Shown here in pieces: positions 1-11,449 of a stretch of 64,000 nt of DNA. Both the position numbers and the translations under genes were made by a program. The notes beneath the pieces are model-generated. The model searched no databases and was not told where the DNA came from. It saw nothing but the letters and a program-made list of their open reading frames with translations. The DNA is from Scyliorhinus canicula (Eukaryota), in assembly GCF_902713615.1 (NCBI RefSeq), contig NC_052172.1, positions 12,504,185 to 12,568,184 on the forward strand, written 5' to 3'. Numbering within the stretch: position 1 is the stretch's first letter; every line of letters starts with the position of its first letter.

Positions 1-29
1 CTCAGGGTAGAGAGGGAGAATTCAGAATA

Positions 30-307
30 GGAAAATATGCTTCCCCACAGCTGCCAGACTCCTCAAAGACTCTCCCTTGGACTGAACTGTTCTCAGGAAG
101 AACACTATTTACGACGCCCTATGCTGCTCTTGTTTGGCCCCTTGTTCCGCACTGTAACCAATCACAGTTTGTCGATGTACCATTTGTCAATGGACTCTGT
201 TGGCTATTCTTTTGTCTACTATGTACATACTCTGTACTTTCCCTTAGCCGCAGAAAAATACTTTTCCCCGTACTTCGGTACATGTGACAATAAATATCAA
301 TCAATCA
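30..307 (+). mobile_element. Rex1/Babar-like LINE 3' end fragment
   Basis: Closely similar to the 3' end of the copy at ~34200-34470 (…GTACATGTGACAATAAATATCAATCAA tail). Confidence 0.6.
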
Positions 308-1000
308 GTCCAATTCACCTAACAAGCACGTCTTTCGGGACTTCTGGGAGGAATCCGGAGCCCCTGGAAGAAACCCACACAGACACGGGGAGAACATGCA
401 AACTCCACACAGACGTTACGTCCGTGACATGCAAATGTGGCACGATACAGGACATGTGGCCTGGACAAAAGTTTATTTAATTTCTTATAAATAGCTGGAG
501 AGACTCAGGTCAAAGGTCAATCGTGTAAAGCAACCACAGCACAAGGTGGATTAAAAACTTGCATTAGCATCGAAAAATGTCCCAGGAGCATAATCGGACA
601 AGCTAAAGGAGGAGCAACTGTGAGCTGGGTCAAAGAGGTGGCTTTCAGGGAGCAGTTTAAGGACGGAATGTGAGGCGGAGAGGTTTAAGTTGGTGCGGGC
701 AGTTAGTTGGCACCAAACTTGGATTTTAAAAGCCTGGAGATTTCAAGGGGGAAAGAGGTCCACAGCTTTAAGCTGGAGGCGAATGAGTTTCAGGAGGGGA
801 CAGTGCAACGAACCTCAGATGCAAGGAGGATCATCGGCCTGTGGGTTAACGTGTGTGTGCAGGATGCGGGAATCGAGGGAGGCGATGTCCAGCTGAATTG
901 CCAACATTCTCCGTAAATAAACGTCCCGGACCAAAATAGAGTTCCGCGTGTCATCCATCTTGAAGTTTTCCTCCAGGGATCGCTGCTGATGTCGGATACC

Positions 1001-1183
1001 AGGGACTGGTTTAGCACAGTGGGCTAAACAGCTGGCTTGTAATACAGAGCAAGTCCAGCAGCGCGGGTTCAATTCCCGTACCGGCCTCCCCGAACAGGCG
1101 CCGGAATGTGGCAACTAGGGGCTTTTCACAGTAACTTCATTGAAGCCTACTTGTGACAATGAGCGATTATTATTATTATTATT
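1001..1183 (+). mobile_element. Short tRNA-derived SINE lacking the V-domain
   Basis: tRNA-like head, then a tail shared with one V-SINE subfamily, ending in (ATT)n; second copy at ~58055-58240 on the minus strand. Confidence 0.65.
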
Positions 1184-3025
1184 AATGAGAGGAACTTCAG
1201 GACACACAGCTCGTCTGCCCGACCAGCAGAAGCAACCTCAGCCCCCATCACAATCTCAGAATCACACAGTGCAGGAGGCCCTTCGGCCCATCGAGTCTGT
1301 ACCGACAGATGAAAAACACCTGACCAGGCAGCACGGTGGCATGGTGGGTTAGCCCCGCTGCCTCACGGTGCCGAGGTCCCAGGTTCGATCCCGGCTCTGG
1401 GTCACTGTCCATGTGGAGTTTGCACATTCTCCCCGTGTTTGCGTGGGTTTCGTCCCCACAACCCAAAGATGTGCAGGGTAGGTGGATTGGCCACGCTAAA
1501 TTGCCCCTTAATTGGAAAAAAATAATTGGGTACTCTAAATTTATATATTAAAAAAAAAACACCTGACCTGTCCTCCAGGGTGGCACAGTGGTTAGCACTG
1601 CTGCCTCAATGCGCCAGGGACCCGGGTACAATTCTGGCCTTGGGTTATTCTCCCCCGTGTCTGCGTGGGTTTCCTCCGGGTGCTCCGGTTTCCTTCCACA
1701 GCCCAAAGATGTGCAAGTTAGGTGGATTGGCTATGCTAAATTTCCCCTCAGTGTCCAGGGGTGTGTAGGTTAGGTTAAACAGTTATTGGGATAGGGCAGG
1801 TTAGTGGATTTGGGTGGAGTGCTTTTTCAGAGGGTCGGTGCGGATAGGCCGAGTGGCCTCTTTCTGCACTGTCGGGATTCTATGATTCTAATCCCATGTT
1901 CCAACACTTGGCCCATAGCCTTGAATGTTACGACATGCCAAGTGCTCATCCAGGTGCTTTTTAAAGGATGCGAGGCAACTCGCCTCTCCCCCACACACAC
2001 ACACACACACACACCCCCCCCCCCCCTCCTCCCCCAGGCAGTGCATTCCAGACCGTCACCACCCTCTGGGTAAAAAAAGTTGTCCTCAAATACCCCCTAA
2101 ACCTCCTGCCCCTCACCTTGAACTTTCAACTAAGGGGAACAGCTGCTCCCTGTCCATGCCCCTTATAATCTCGTACACAATCTTAAAACGGAAAGTGAGA
2201 ATGCTGGAAAACCACAACAGACTGACCAAAGTGCGAGCAATAGCAACTTAATGTCATAGAACATAGAATTTACAGTGCAGAAGGAGGCCATTCGGCCCAT
2301 CGAGTCTGCACCGGCTCTTGGAAAGAGCACCCTACCCAAGATCAACACCTCCACCCTATCCCCATAACCCAGTAACCCCACCCAACACTAAGTGCAATTT
2401 TGGACACTAAGGGGCAATTTATCATGGCCAATCCACCTAACCTGCACATCTTTGGACTGTGGGAGGAAACAGGAGCACCCGGAGGAAACCCACGCACACA
2501 CGGGATGTGCAGACTCCGCACAGACAGTGCCCCAAGCCGGAATCGAACCTGGGACCCTGGAGCTGTGAAGCATTTGTGCTATCCACAGTGCTACCGTGCT
2601 GCCCATGCACATGGAGACTCTTCCACATGACTCCAATCAGAAGGGAAGGGACTCTTTATTGGGCTGGCCAGAGCACAAAAACTACCGTAAGGGGCAAGAT
2701 TCGTAACAGCACACAGTGCACTGCAATAGTTTAGTATTATACATTAAGTAGATGGTATTCCAGAATTATAGTCTTTTGAGCAAAACAATTAAAACAAATT
2801 AATAAATCAAGGACAAATTAAAGGGACAGCCCTATAAAGGGCTACTCTAACGGGACAAAATCTCAAAGGAAATTTATAAAATTCAAATTGCAATGTGTTT
2901 AAGGGGGTCAAGAAAGCACCCAGCCCCCAGGGTGCCCACCGGAGATGGAAAACCTCGACCATCCCGGTGGACATCGCGTGCTCCCTCTCCGAGGAAACCT
3001 GGCCGCGGACGTAATGCCAGCTTCA

Positions 3026-3970
3026 TGTAAGGATCCTTTCAGCTTTATTCCCTCCCCCCCCCTTCTATTTTGCCGATATCATTTTTCATCCATGGGTGAT
3101 TAATGGACATGTGTCTTTAGGTCTTGCAGCAGAGGGAATGAGGAATTCAGAAGTTACAGGAGAGAACACTCTCCTAATCTCTGCTAGCTTCAACAGGAGC
3201 CTCAGAATGTTCGGAACCAGTGAGAGCGAGCTGGGGCGGGACTCGGTCCCATCGATTGGCTGGTGGCTAATGAATTGGTCCAAAGGGCTGTACTCTGCCC
3301 GGTATCAGGTGGTGATCGGATCCTATCTCAGTGGGAGGCTTCTCAGAGACCTGAGGGACCAGTTGAGCCCTAGACACAGAAAGACAAGGAGCTGCTTTTC
3401 TCTACCTCTCCAGAGAGGATGTGAGTGCCGCATTCCTGGAACTGCAGAGAACCTGAATGAATGAATCTACAGGAAAACCATTACTGGCTGCACCCAAAGT
3501 CGAGATTCTCCCTCTCTCCACAGAGCTGTTGAGTGCGGCATTCCTGAAACTGCAGAGGCCTGAATGAATCTACAATAAAAGCCTCAAACTCAAAACAAGA
3601 TTTGAAAAGTACAGTGCTAAAAAAAACCACCATCTGAAACATTTTTCCATTTATTGATTTTTTTTACCCCCTTTCTTCCTCTCGGTATTTGTCTGTCTTG
3701 TGTGTGTCTGTAAGGTGGCGGGAGGGCAAGTTAAAATGGGGAATTGGTTAATAGTTAACAAGTTGTTTTGCTGCACATTCCATTATAGTTCTTGTTATAA
3801 ATAAACAGTAATTGTGTTTAAACTTACGAACCTTTAATTATTGGACAGCCAAGGACAAAGACGTTGGGTGCTTTTCTAACAATTATTGGTTAATTCACTT
3901 ATGTTGGGACTCCGGGACTGGAACCGCTGTGGCTGGAAATCACCGCACACTAGTCCAGGGTCCCGTAACA
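3026..3970 (+). mobile_element. Probable solo LTR
   Basis: TGTAA…GTAACA termini, internal ~50-bp duplication and AATAAA; no TSD found. Confidence 0.35.
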
Positions 3971-4681
3971 ATTATAATAGTGACTACACTTACAAAAGTA
4001 CTTAATATGCTGTGAATCGTTGAGATATCTGGTGGTCGCCAAGAGCACTATATTAACGCAAGTCTTTTGTTTTCCTGTGGACGGTATGAGAGGGACATGA
4101 TCATTTTCACAAGGCGGGGGAGTTTTACAAGATTTCCCCACAGTTTTGACATCCTTCGCTGCCGTTTCGATGAAGCTCAGGGCTCAGGATGGTCACTCTG
4201 AAGGTTTGTCGCGATCCAAAATCCGTCTGCAGCTCCAGCCCTGCCTCAGAACGGGTGCAAACACAGAAGGGGCAGAAGTTAAACAATCAGGTCTCGCTGT
4301 CATCGCCGCACGTTACTTGGCCCAAATATTTTATACAGCTTCCCTGGAAAGTGCACCTCGTGTTCTGCGTGGTGCATTTGTAAACAGTTTGTTATAGGGT
4401 GCGAGGAGTGGGGGGGAGGCACAATCTATTCACTGGTGCGCAATGCTTCATGGTGCGTGACTGCCCCCTTGTGTGGGATAGAACTGACTGCATTAAAATC
4501 ATAGGGGGTAAAACAAAACAAAGGACTTGCGTTTATCAGCACTTTTAAGAACCACCAGACACCTCAATGCGCTTTATAGCCAATGAGGTTCTTTTGAGGT
4601 GTAGTCACTATTGTGATTATAGGAAATACGGTAGCCATATTGGGCACAGCAAGCTCCCCGTGGCAATGATATAATGACCAG

Positions 4682-4852
4682 GGGCGGGATTCTCCGCAGG
4701 CAGGATGCTCCATTTTGCCGGCACCCCAGGGGTTTCCCGGCGGTGTGGGGCTGCCCCACAATGGCAAACCCCATTGGCCGGCCGGCGTAATGGAGCAGCC
4801 CACCGGAGGGGTGAAGCAGAAATGTGGTGCGGCGGGGCGGAGAATCCAGCCC
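4682..4852. mobile_element. MITE (non-autonomous DNA transposon, PIF/Harbinger-like)
   Basis: TIR GGGCGGGATTCTCCG / CGGAGAATCCAGCCC; 3-bp TSD CAG (4679-4681, 4853-4855). Confidence 0.7.
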
Positions 4853-5714
4853 CAGATGTTTTTGTAATGTTGAATGAAAGATAAATAATAATAATCATCT
4901 TTATTATTGTCACAAGTAGGCTTACATTAACACTGCAATGAAGTTACTGTGAAAAGCCCCTAGTCGCCACATTCTGGCACCTGTTCGGGTACACAGAGGG
5001 AGAATTCAGAATGTCCAATTCACCAAACAGCACGTCTTTCGGGACTTGTACGAGAAACCGGAGCACCCGGAGGAAACGCACGCAGACACGGGGAGAACGT
5101 GCAGACTCCGCACAGACAGTGACCCAAGCCGGGGATCGAACCCGGGTCCCTGGCGCTGTGAAGCAAAAGTGCTAACCACTGTGCTATAACCCCCGGGGAG
5201 AAACCCTGGTAATACATTGAAATAGTGCCATGGGATCGTTAGCGATCACCTAAGAGAGGCAGACAGGGCTCTCACGTCTCATTCGAAATGCAGCACCTTG
5301 GAAAAAACAGCACTCTCTCAGCGCTGCACTGCAGTGTCAGCTGTGCTCGAGTCCCAGGGTGGGTGATCCTGACGTTGTGCGGAAGCAGGTCACGGCTGAT
5401 CATGAATCAAAAGAAAAATGGGGGGAGAGTTGCGGGCCGTCGAGTCGCGAGCACACAAGGACAAGTTCTCCCGTAGCAAGCCCTGCACAAGGGTAATTTA
5501 TTGAGTTACATAAAATGCTCACAACCAAGGTAAAGGAACAAATGATCTGGAGAAACATATTTTTGATCACAAACATTTGATAGAATTGTGCAATGTAACC
5601 CAATATAATTCAGATTAAAATTATGCCTGGAGATTAATTGGACAAGATTATGAAACAGGAAACAGCAAAGTTGCCAGTATCATTTACATCAGTTTTTAAT
5701 TCTACTCCCACTGG

Positions 5715-8700
5715 TCACTGTAACGTGTAATCACTGACCCTCACTGGGGTACAGTTCCTGAAGGCACTGACCCTCACTGGGGTACAGTTCCTGAAGGTGC
5801 TGATTCTCACTGGGGTACAGTTCCTGAAGGTGCTGATTCTCACTGGGGTACAGTTCCTGAAGATGCTGACTCTCACTGGGGTACAGTTCCTGAAGGTGCT
5901 GACTCTCACTGGGGTACAGTTCCTGAAGGTGCTGACTCTCACTGGGGTACAGTCCCTGAAGGTGCTGACTCTCACTGGGGTACAGTTCCTGAAGGTGCTG
6001 ACTCTCACTGGGGTACAGTTCCTGAAGGTGCGGACTCTCACTGGGGTACAGTTCCTGAATGTGCTGACTCTCACTTGGGTACAGTTCCTGAGGGTGCTGA
6101 TTCTCATTGGGGTACAGTTCCTGAAGGTGCTGACTCTCACTTGGGTACAGTTCCTGAGGGTGCGAACTCTCACTGGAGTACAGTTACTGAAGATGTTGAC
6201 TGTCACTGGGGTACAGTTCCTGAAGGTGCTGACTCACTTGGGTACAGTTCCTGAAGGTGCTGATTCTCACTGGGGTACAGTTCCTGAAGGTGCTGACTCT
6301 CACTGGGGTCCACTCCCTGAAGGCACTGACCCTCACTGGGGTACAGTTCCTGAAGGTGTTGACTCTCACTTGGGTACAGTTCCTTAAGGTGCTGATTCTC
6401 ACTGGGGTACAGTTCCTGAAGGTGCTGACTCTCACTGGGGTACAGTTCCTGAAGGTGCTGACTCTCACTGGGGTAAAGTTCCTGAAGGTGCTGACTCTCA
6501 CTGGGGTACAGTTCCTGAAGGTGCTCTCACTGGGGTACAGTTCCTGAAGGTGCTGACTCTCACTGGGGTACAGTTCCTGAAGATGCTGACTCTCACTGGG
6601 GTACAGTTCCTGAAGGTGCTGACTCTCACTGGGGTAAAGTTCCTGAAGGTGCTGACTCTCACTGGGGTACAGTTCCTGAAGGTGCTGACTCTCACTTGGG
6701 TACAGTTCCTGAGGGTGCGAACTCTAACTTGGGTACAGTTCCTGAGGGTGCTGATTCTCACTGGGGTACAGTTCCTGAAGGTGCAGACTCTCACTTGGGT
6801 ACAGTTCCTGAGGGTGCGGACTCTCACTGGAGTACAGTTACTGAAGATGCTGACTGTCACTGGGGTACAGTTCCTGAAGGTGCTGACTCTCACTTGGGTA
6901 CAGTTCCTGAAGGTGCTAATTCTCACTGGGGTACTGTTCCTGAAGGTGCTGACTCTCATTGGGGGACAGTTCCTGAAGGTGCTGACTCTCACTTGGGTAC
7001 AGTTCCTTAAGGTGCTGACTCTCACTTGGGTACAGTTCCTTAAGGTGCTGATTCTCACTGGGGTACCGTTCCTGAAGGTGCTGACTTTTACTGGGGTACA
7101 GTTCCTGAAGGTGCTGACTCTCACTGGGAGACAGTTCCTGAAAGTGCTGACTCCCACTGGGGTACAGTTCCTGAAGGTGCTGACTCTCACTTGGGTACAG
7201 TTCCTTAAGGTGCTGATTCTCACTGGGGTACAGTTCCTGAAGGTGCTGACTCTCACTGGGGTACAGTTCCTTAAGATGCTGATTCTCACTGGGGTACAGT
7301 TCCTGAAGGTGCTGCCTCTCACTGGGGTACAGTTCCTGAAGGTGCTGACTCTCACTGGGGTACAGTTCCTGAAGGTGCTGACTCCCACAGGGATAGCGTT
7401 CCTGAAGGTGCTGACTCACTTAGGCCCACTTCCCTGAAGGTGCTGACTCCCACAGGGATAGTGTTCCTGTAGGTGCTGACTCCCACAGGGATAGTGTTCC
7501 TGTAGGTGCTGACTCTCACAGCGGTGTCTCTCCTGAAGGTGCTGACTCCCACAGGGATAGTGTTCCTGAAGGTGCTGACTCCCACAGGGATAGCGTTCCT
7601 GAAGGTGCTGACTCTCACAGCGGTGCCTCTCCTGAAGGTGCTGACTCCGACTAGGGTGCAGTCCCTGAAGGTGGTGCCTCTCACTGGGGTACAGACCCCG
7701 CTGACTCTCACTGGGGTACCGTTCCTGAAGGTGATGCCTCTCACAGCGGTGTTTCTCCTGAAGGTGCTGCCTCTCACAGCGGGGCTTCTCCTGAAGGTGC
7801 TTACTCCCACTGGGGTGCAGTCCTTGAGGATGGTGCCTCTCACAGAAGTACTGTTCCTGAAGGTTGTGGCTCTCACTGGGGTGCAGTTCCTGATGGTGCT
7901 GCCTCTCATTGGGGTACAATCCCTGAACATGCTGTCTCTCATTTCGGTACAGTCCCTGAAGGTGCTGTCTCTTACCAGGGTACAAATCCTGAAGGTGCAG
8001 AGACTCACTTGGGTACAGTTCCTCACGGCTCTGTCTCACACAGGGGTACAGTTCCTGAAGGTGCTGACTCTCACTCGGGTACCGCTCAAGGCTCTGTCTC
8101 TCACAGGGGTACAGTTCCTGAAGGTGCTGACTCTCACTCGGGTACCGCTCAAGGCTCTGTCTCTCACAGGGGTACAGTTCCTGAAGGTGCTGACTCTCAC
8201 TTGGGTACCGCTCAAGGCACTGTCTCTCACAGGGGTACAGTTCCTGAAGGTGCTGACTCCTACTGAAGTGAAGTCCCTGAAAGAGCTGTCTCTCAATGGG
8301 GTACAGACCCCACCGTCTCTCGTTGGGGTTCAGTTCCTGAAGGTGCTGTCTCTTACCAGGGTACAGTTCCTGAAGGTGCTGATTCTCACTGGGACACAAT
8401 ACTTGAAGACGTTTCCTCTCACTGGAGTGCAGTTCCACAAGGCGCTGAGTCTCACTGGGGTACAGTTCTTGAACGTACTGACTCTCACTGGGGTACAGTT
8501 CCTGAAGGTGCTGACTCTCACTGGCAACCATTTTCTGAAAGCGTTCTCTCTCACTTGGGTAGAGTTTCTGACGGTGCTGACTGTCACTGGTGTACACTTC
8601 CTTAAGGTGCTGATTTTCACTAGGACACAGTTGCTTACGGTGCTGACTCTCACGAGGACACAGTTGCTGAAGGTGCTGATTTTCACGAGCACACTGTTGC

Positions 8701-9420
8701 TTAAGGTGCTGACTCTCACTATGACACTGTTGCTTAAGGTGCTGATTCTCTCGAGGACACAGTTGCTTAAGGTGCTGACTCTCACTAGGAAACAGTTGCT
8801 TACTGTGCTGACTCTCACTAGGACACATTTGCTTACTGTGCTGACTCTCACTAGGACACAGTTGCTTAGTGTGCTGACTCTCACTAGGACGCAGTTGCTT
8901 ACTGTGCTGACTCTCACTAGGACACAGTTGCTTACGGTGCTGACTCTCACTAGGACACAGTTGCTTACTGTGCTGACTCTCACTCGGACACAGTTGCTTA
9001 AGGTGCTGACTCTCACTCGGACACAGTTGCTTAAGGTACTGACTCTCACTGGGACACAGTTGCTTACGGTGCTGACTCTCACTAGGAAACAGTTGCTTAA
9101 GGTGCTGACTCTCACTCGGACACAGTTGCTTAAGGTACTGACTCTCACTGGGACACAGTTGCTTACGGTGCTGACTCTCACTAGGAAACAGTTGCTTACT
9201 GTGCTGACTCTCACTAGGACAAATTTGCTTACTGTGCTGACTCTCACTAGGACACAGTTGCTTAGTGTGCTGACTCTCACTAGGACACAGTTCCTGAAGG
9301 TGCTGATTCTCACTAGGAAACAGTTCCTGAAGGTGCTGACTCTCAGTAGGACCCAATTGCTTATGGTGCTGTCCCTTACTGGCATTCATTTTCTGAAGGT
9401 GCGGACTCTCACTGGGATAA
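5715..9420. repeat. 33-bp minisatellite, about 110 units
   Basis: Unit CTCACTGGGGTACAGTTCCTGAAGGTGCTGACT. Homogeneous at 5735-7380, diverged at 7380-8600, second subtype (…AGGACACAGTTGCTTA…) at 8600-9420. Confidence 0.97.
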
Positions 9421-9476
9421 ATTAATGCGGGTGCAGTCTCTGTCACTTTGGGGTCCAGTTCCACAGGCACTTGCAT
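7416..9476 (-). CDS. Possible Gln/Glu/Ser-rich 11-aa repeat protein (ESQHLQELYPS)n, 686 aa; coding status uncertain
   Basis: ATG-initiated in a short unique leader; stays open across ~60 diverged units with only frame-preserving indels. The opposite strand is also largely open, so it may be a by-product of the repeat. Confidence 0.3.
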   Translation of the reverse strand: MQVPVELDPKVTETAPALIYPSESPHLQKMNASKGQHHKQLGPTESQHLQELFPSENQHLQELCPSESQHTKQLCPSESQHSKQICPSESQHSKQLFPSESQHRKQLCPSESQYLKQLCPSESQHLKQLFPSESQHRKQLCPSESQYLKQLCPSESQHLKQLCPSESQHSKQLCPSESQHRKQLCPSESQHSKQLRPSESQHTKQLCPSESQHSKQMCPSESQHSKQLFPSESQHLKQLCPRENQHLKQQCHSESQHLKQQCARENQHLQQLCPRESQHRKQLCPSENQHLKEVYTSDSQHRQKLYPSERERFQKMVASESQHLQELYPSESQYVQELYPSETQRLVELHSSERKRLQVLCPSENQHLQELYPGKRQHLQELNPNERRWGLYPIERQLFQGLHFSRSQHLQELYPCERQCLERYPSESQHLQELYPCERQSLERYPSESQHLQELYPCERQSLERYPSESQHLQELYPCVRQSREELYPSESLHLQDLYPGKRQHLQGLYRNERQHVQGLYPNERQHHQELHPSESHNLQEQYFCERHHPQGLHPSGSKHLQEKPRCERQHLQEKHRCERHHLQERYPSESQRGLYPSERHHLQGLHPSRSQHLQERHRCESQHLQERYPCGSQHLQEHYPCGSQHLQERHRCESQHLQEHYPCGSQHLQEHYPCGSQHLQGSGPK

Positions 9477-10100
9477 CCCTCCTGTACCTTACCCAAATGG
9501 GAATTCTCATTCTGTCCGACTGTTGATAGTGAGCAATGGTTACTCTGCCCTGGGGATGTACTCGTTATCAAATCACAAAGCTCACCCCAGAATGCACCTC
9601 AATTTGTGGTGCAGCATCTGAAGATTCAGACCCAGATCAAGTCAACCCTAACAGAACTCAAACCCATAACTGATGAACTGTGTTTGGTTAGCAGCCACAG
9701 AGCCAAGTGCTCGGGACCAGGGGAGGAAACATTAGCCAGGCACCACCTTCCCCCCCCCCCCCCCCCCCCCAACCGAACGACCAGCCAGCCACACCACCCA
9801 GGTCACAATGCCAGCTGACATCAGCAATCAAACATGGTGTGTCACAGAGTCTGTGACTTACTGATCAATGTAGTTCAGTACCCATGCCCTGCAGTCAGAC
9901 AGATTGACGGGTGTTGTCTGACCAGGGGCTGTGTGCTGGAAGGGCAGGACCTTTCTCATAATGTGCTCCAGTTTTTGACACAATTCCTCCCCCCCCCCCC
10001 CCCCCCACCAAGCTGGCCACAGGAAGTCATATGTCAGACTGAGGGAAGAAAAACCCTCTTGGGAATCCGTGCGATGAGGGTCAGCTATGTAGCCTTACCT

Positions 10101-10735
10101 TTTTTTAATTTAGTGTACCCTGTCATAATATACACACAAGTATATGATGGTGCACAGACAGACACTGACTGACACACTGAAAGACCAATCAACACACAGA
10201 ACACTGCAGCCAATCACCAGACAGGACACGGCCACTATAAAGCCAGAGGGCACTAGTTTTCCCGCTCATTCGGGATGCAGCCTCTGAGACAGCCAGAGCC
10301 CATAATCAGTAACACGAACATCTACCACATGCGAGCAGTATAGTCTGGTCAGGTTAGCCTCAGGTCTCCAGTCAACCTAACATAGTGTCGACCCACAGTG
10401 CAAGTATGTTTAACAGCTCATAGTTAAATAAAATAGAGTTGTACTTCAACAAGTGTTGGTAGCCTGTCTCTCTGACTGCTCTGGTAAACGCAGTCCTCAC
10501 AGACCCAGCATACCCAACACATCATACCCAAATAATTTTTTCCAATTAAGGGGCAATTTAGCATGGCCAATCTGACTACCCTCCACATCTTTGGGTTGTG
10601 GGGGCGAAACCCACACAAACACGGGGAGAATGTGCAAACTCCACAAGGACAGTGACCCGGAGCCGGGATCGAACCCGGGGCCTCAGTGCCGTGAGGCAGC
10701 AGGGCTAACCCACTGTGCCACCGTGCTGCCCTTGC
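10101..10735 (-). mobile_element. V-SINE interrupted by a solo LTR
   Basis: 12-bp TSD GTAGCCTTACCT at 10089-10100 and 10736-10747. Confidence 0.85.
10121..10524 (+). mobile_element. Solo LTR (404 bp)
   Basis: TG…CA termini, 5-bp TSD TACCC (10116-10120, 10525-10529), internal TATAAA and AATAAA. Confidence 0.85.
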
Positions 10736-11449
10736 GTAGCCTTACCTGACTATATAAGCAAAGCAGCAAATCCCTTTCGAGGGGAATGCCAACTTGGTGA
10801 GGAAGGTGCCTCGGAGAGTGAAGAGGTCGCTGTGTGTAGACCTTGTGTTTGTGGCTGACCCCGATTTGGATTGAACTTTGGCCTGTATGGCAACCCGCTC
10901 TAGTAATCTGACCTTCTTCGTCCGTGTTTTGACCTTGCTGCCTTGCCCTCCTGAAGTCGCTGTTACATACAATGTTAAAACTTCCCTGGGAAACGGGTTA
11001 ACCATCCAGGTTTAAATAGGGATACCTGGTGAGTAAAGTTGGGCTCAAAGAGCGAGTATTTATTTGCTTTCTCTTCTGTTCTGCTGAGAGCCTGTAGGCC
11101 TTTGAATAAATGTTCCTTTTTGTTTGCTGGACAACTCTGTGAGCTATTCAACTGAGTGAAGTCCGCCCCACCCATCACAATCCCCTGCCCCTTGTGACCT
11201 CGCACAGGATTCGGGCTTCTCGTAAAGATTTTTTAAACTGATTTCTCGCCTAAGAATAAACTACAACGCGAAATGTACCCAGTGGGGAAAGCGAATCGCC
11301 AGTACATGGCTACTCTACAAATCACCAGGAGTAAGAACCAACGTCACATCCCACTCTGGGAAGGTACGCAGAAGATTACAAAGCATCGTTGCAGCCTGTC
11401 GAAATATCCATTATAAACAGTCCTGGTAGCTTAGGAAGTCAGTACTTCA

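Noticed and set aside
1327-1400. tRNA gene calls for the many A/B-box sequences
   Set aside because: They are SINE heads followed by the V-core and LINE-like tails, not complete cloverleaf tRNAs.
4100-4460. Unique exon-like stretch with short ORFs
   Set aside because: No recognisable protein and no convincing pair of splice sites.
5715-9425. Long ORFs VLTLTGVQFLK and RVSTFRNCTPV in other frames of the minisatellite; CRISPR-like appearance
   Set aside because: They follow from a stop-free 33-bp unit and mostly start at non-ATG codons. There are no unique spacers or cas genes, so it is not a CRISPR array.
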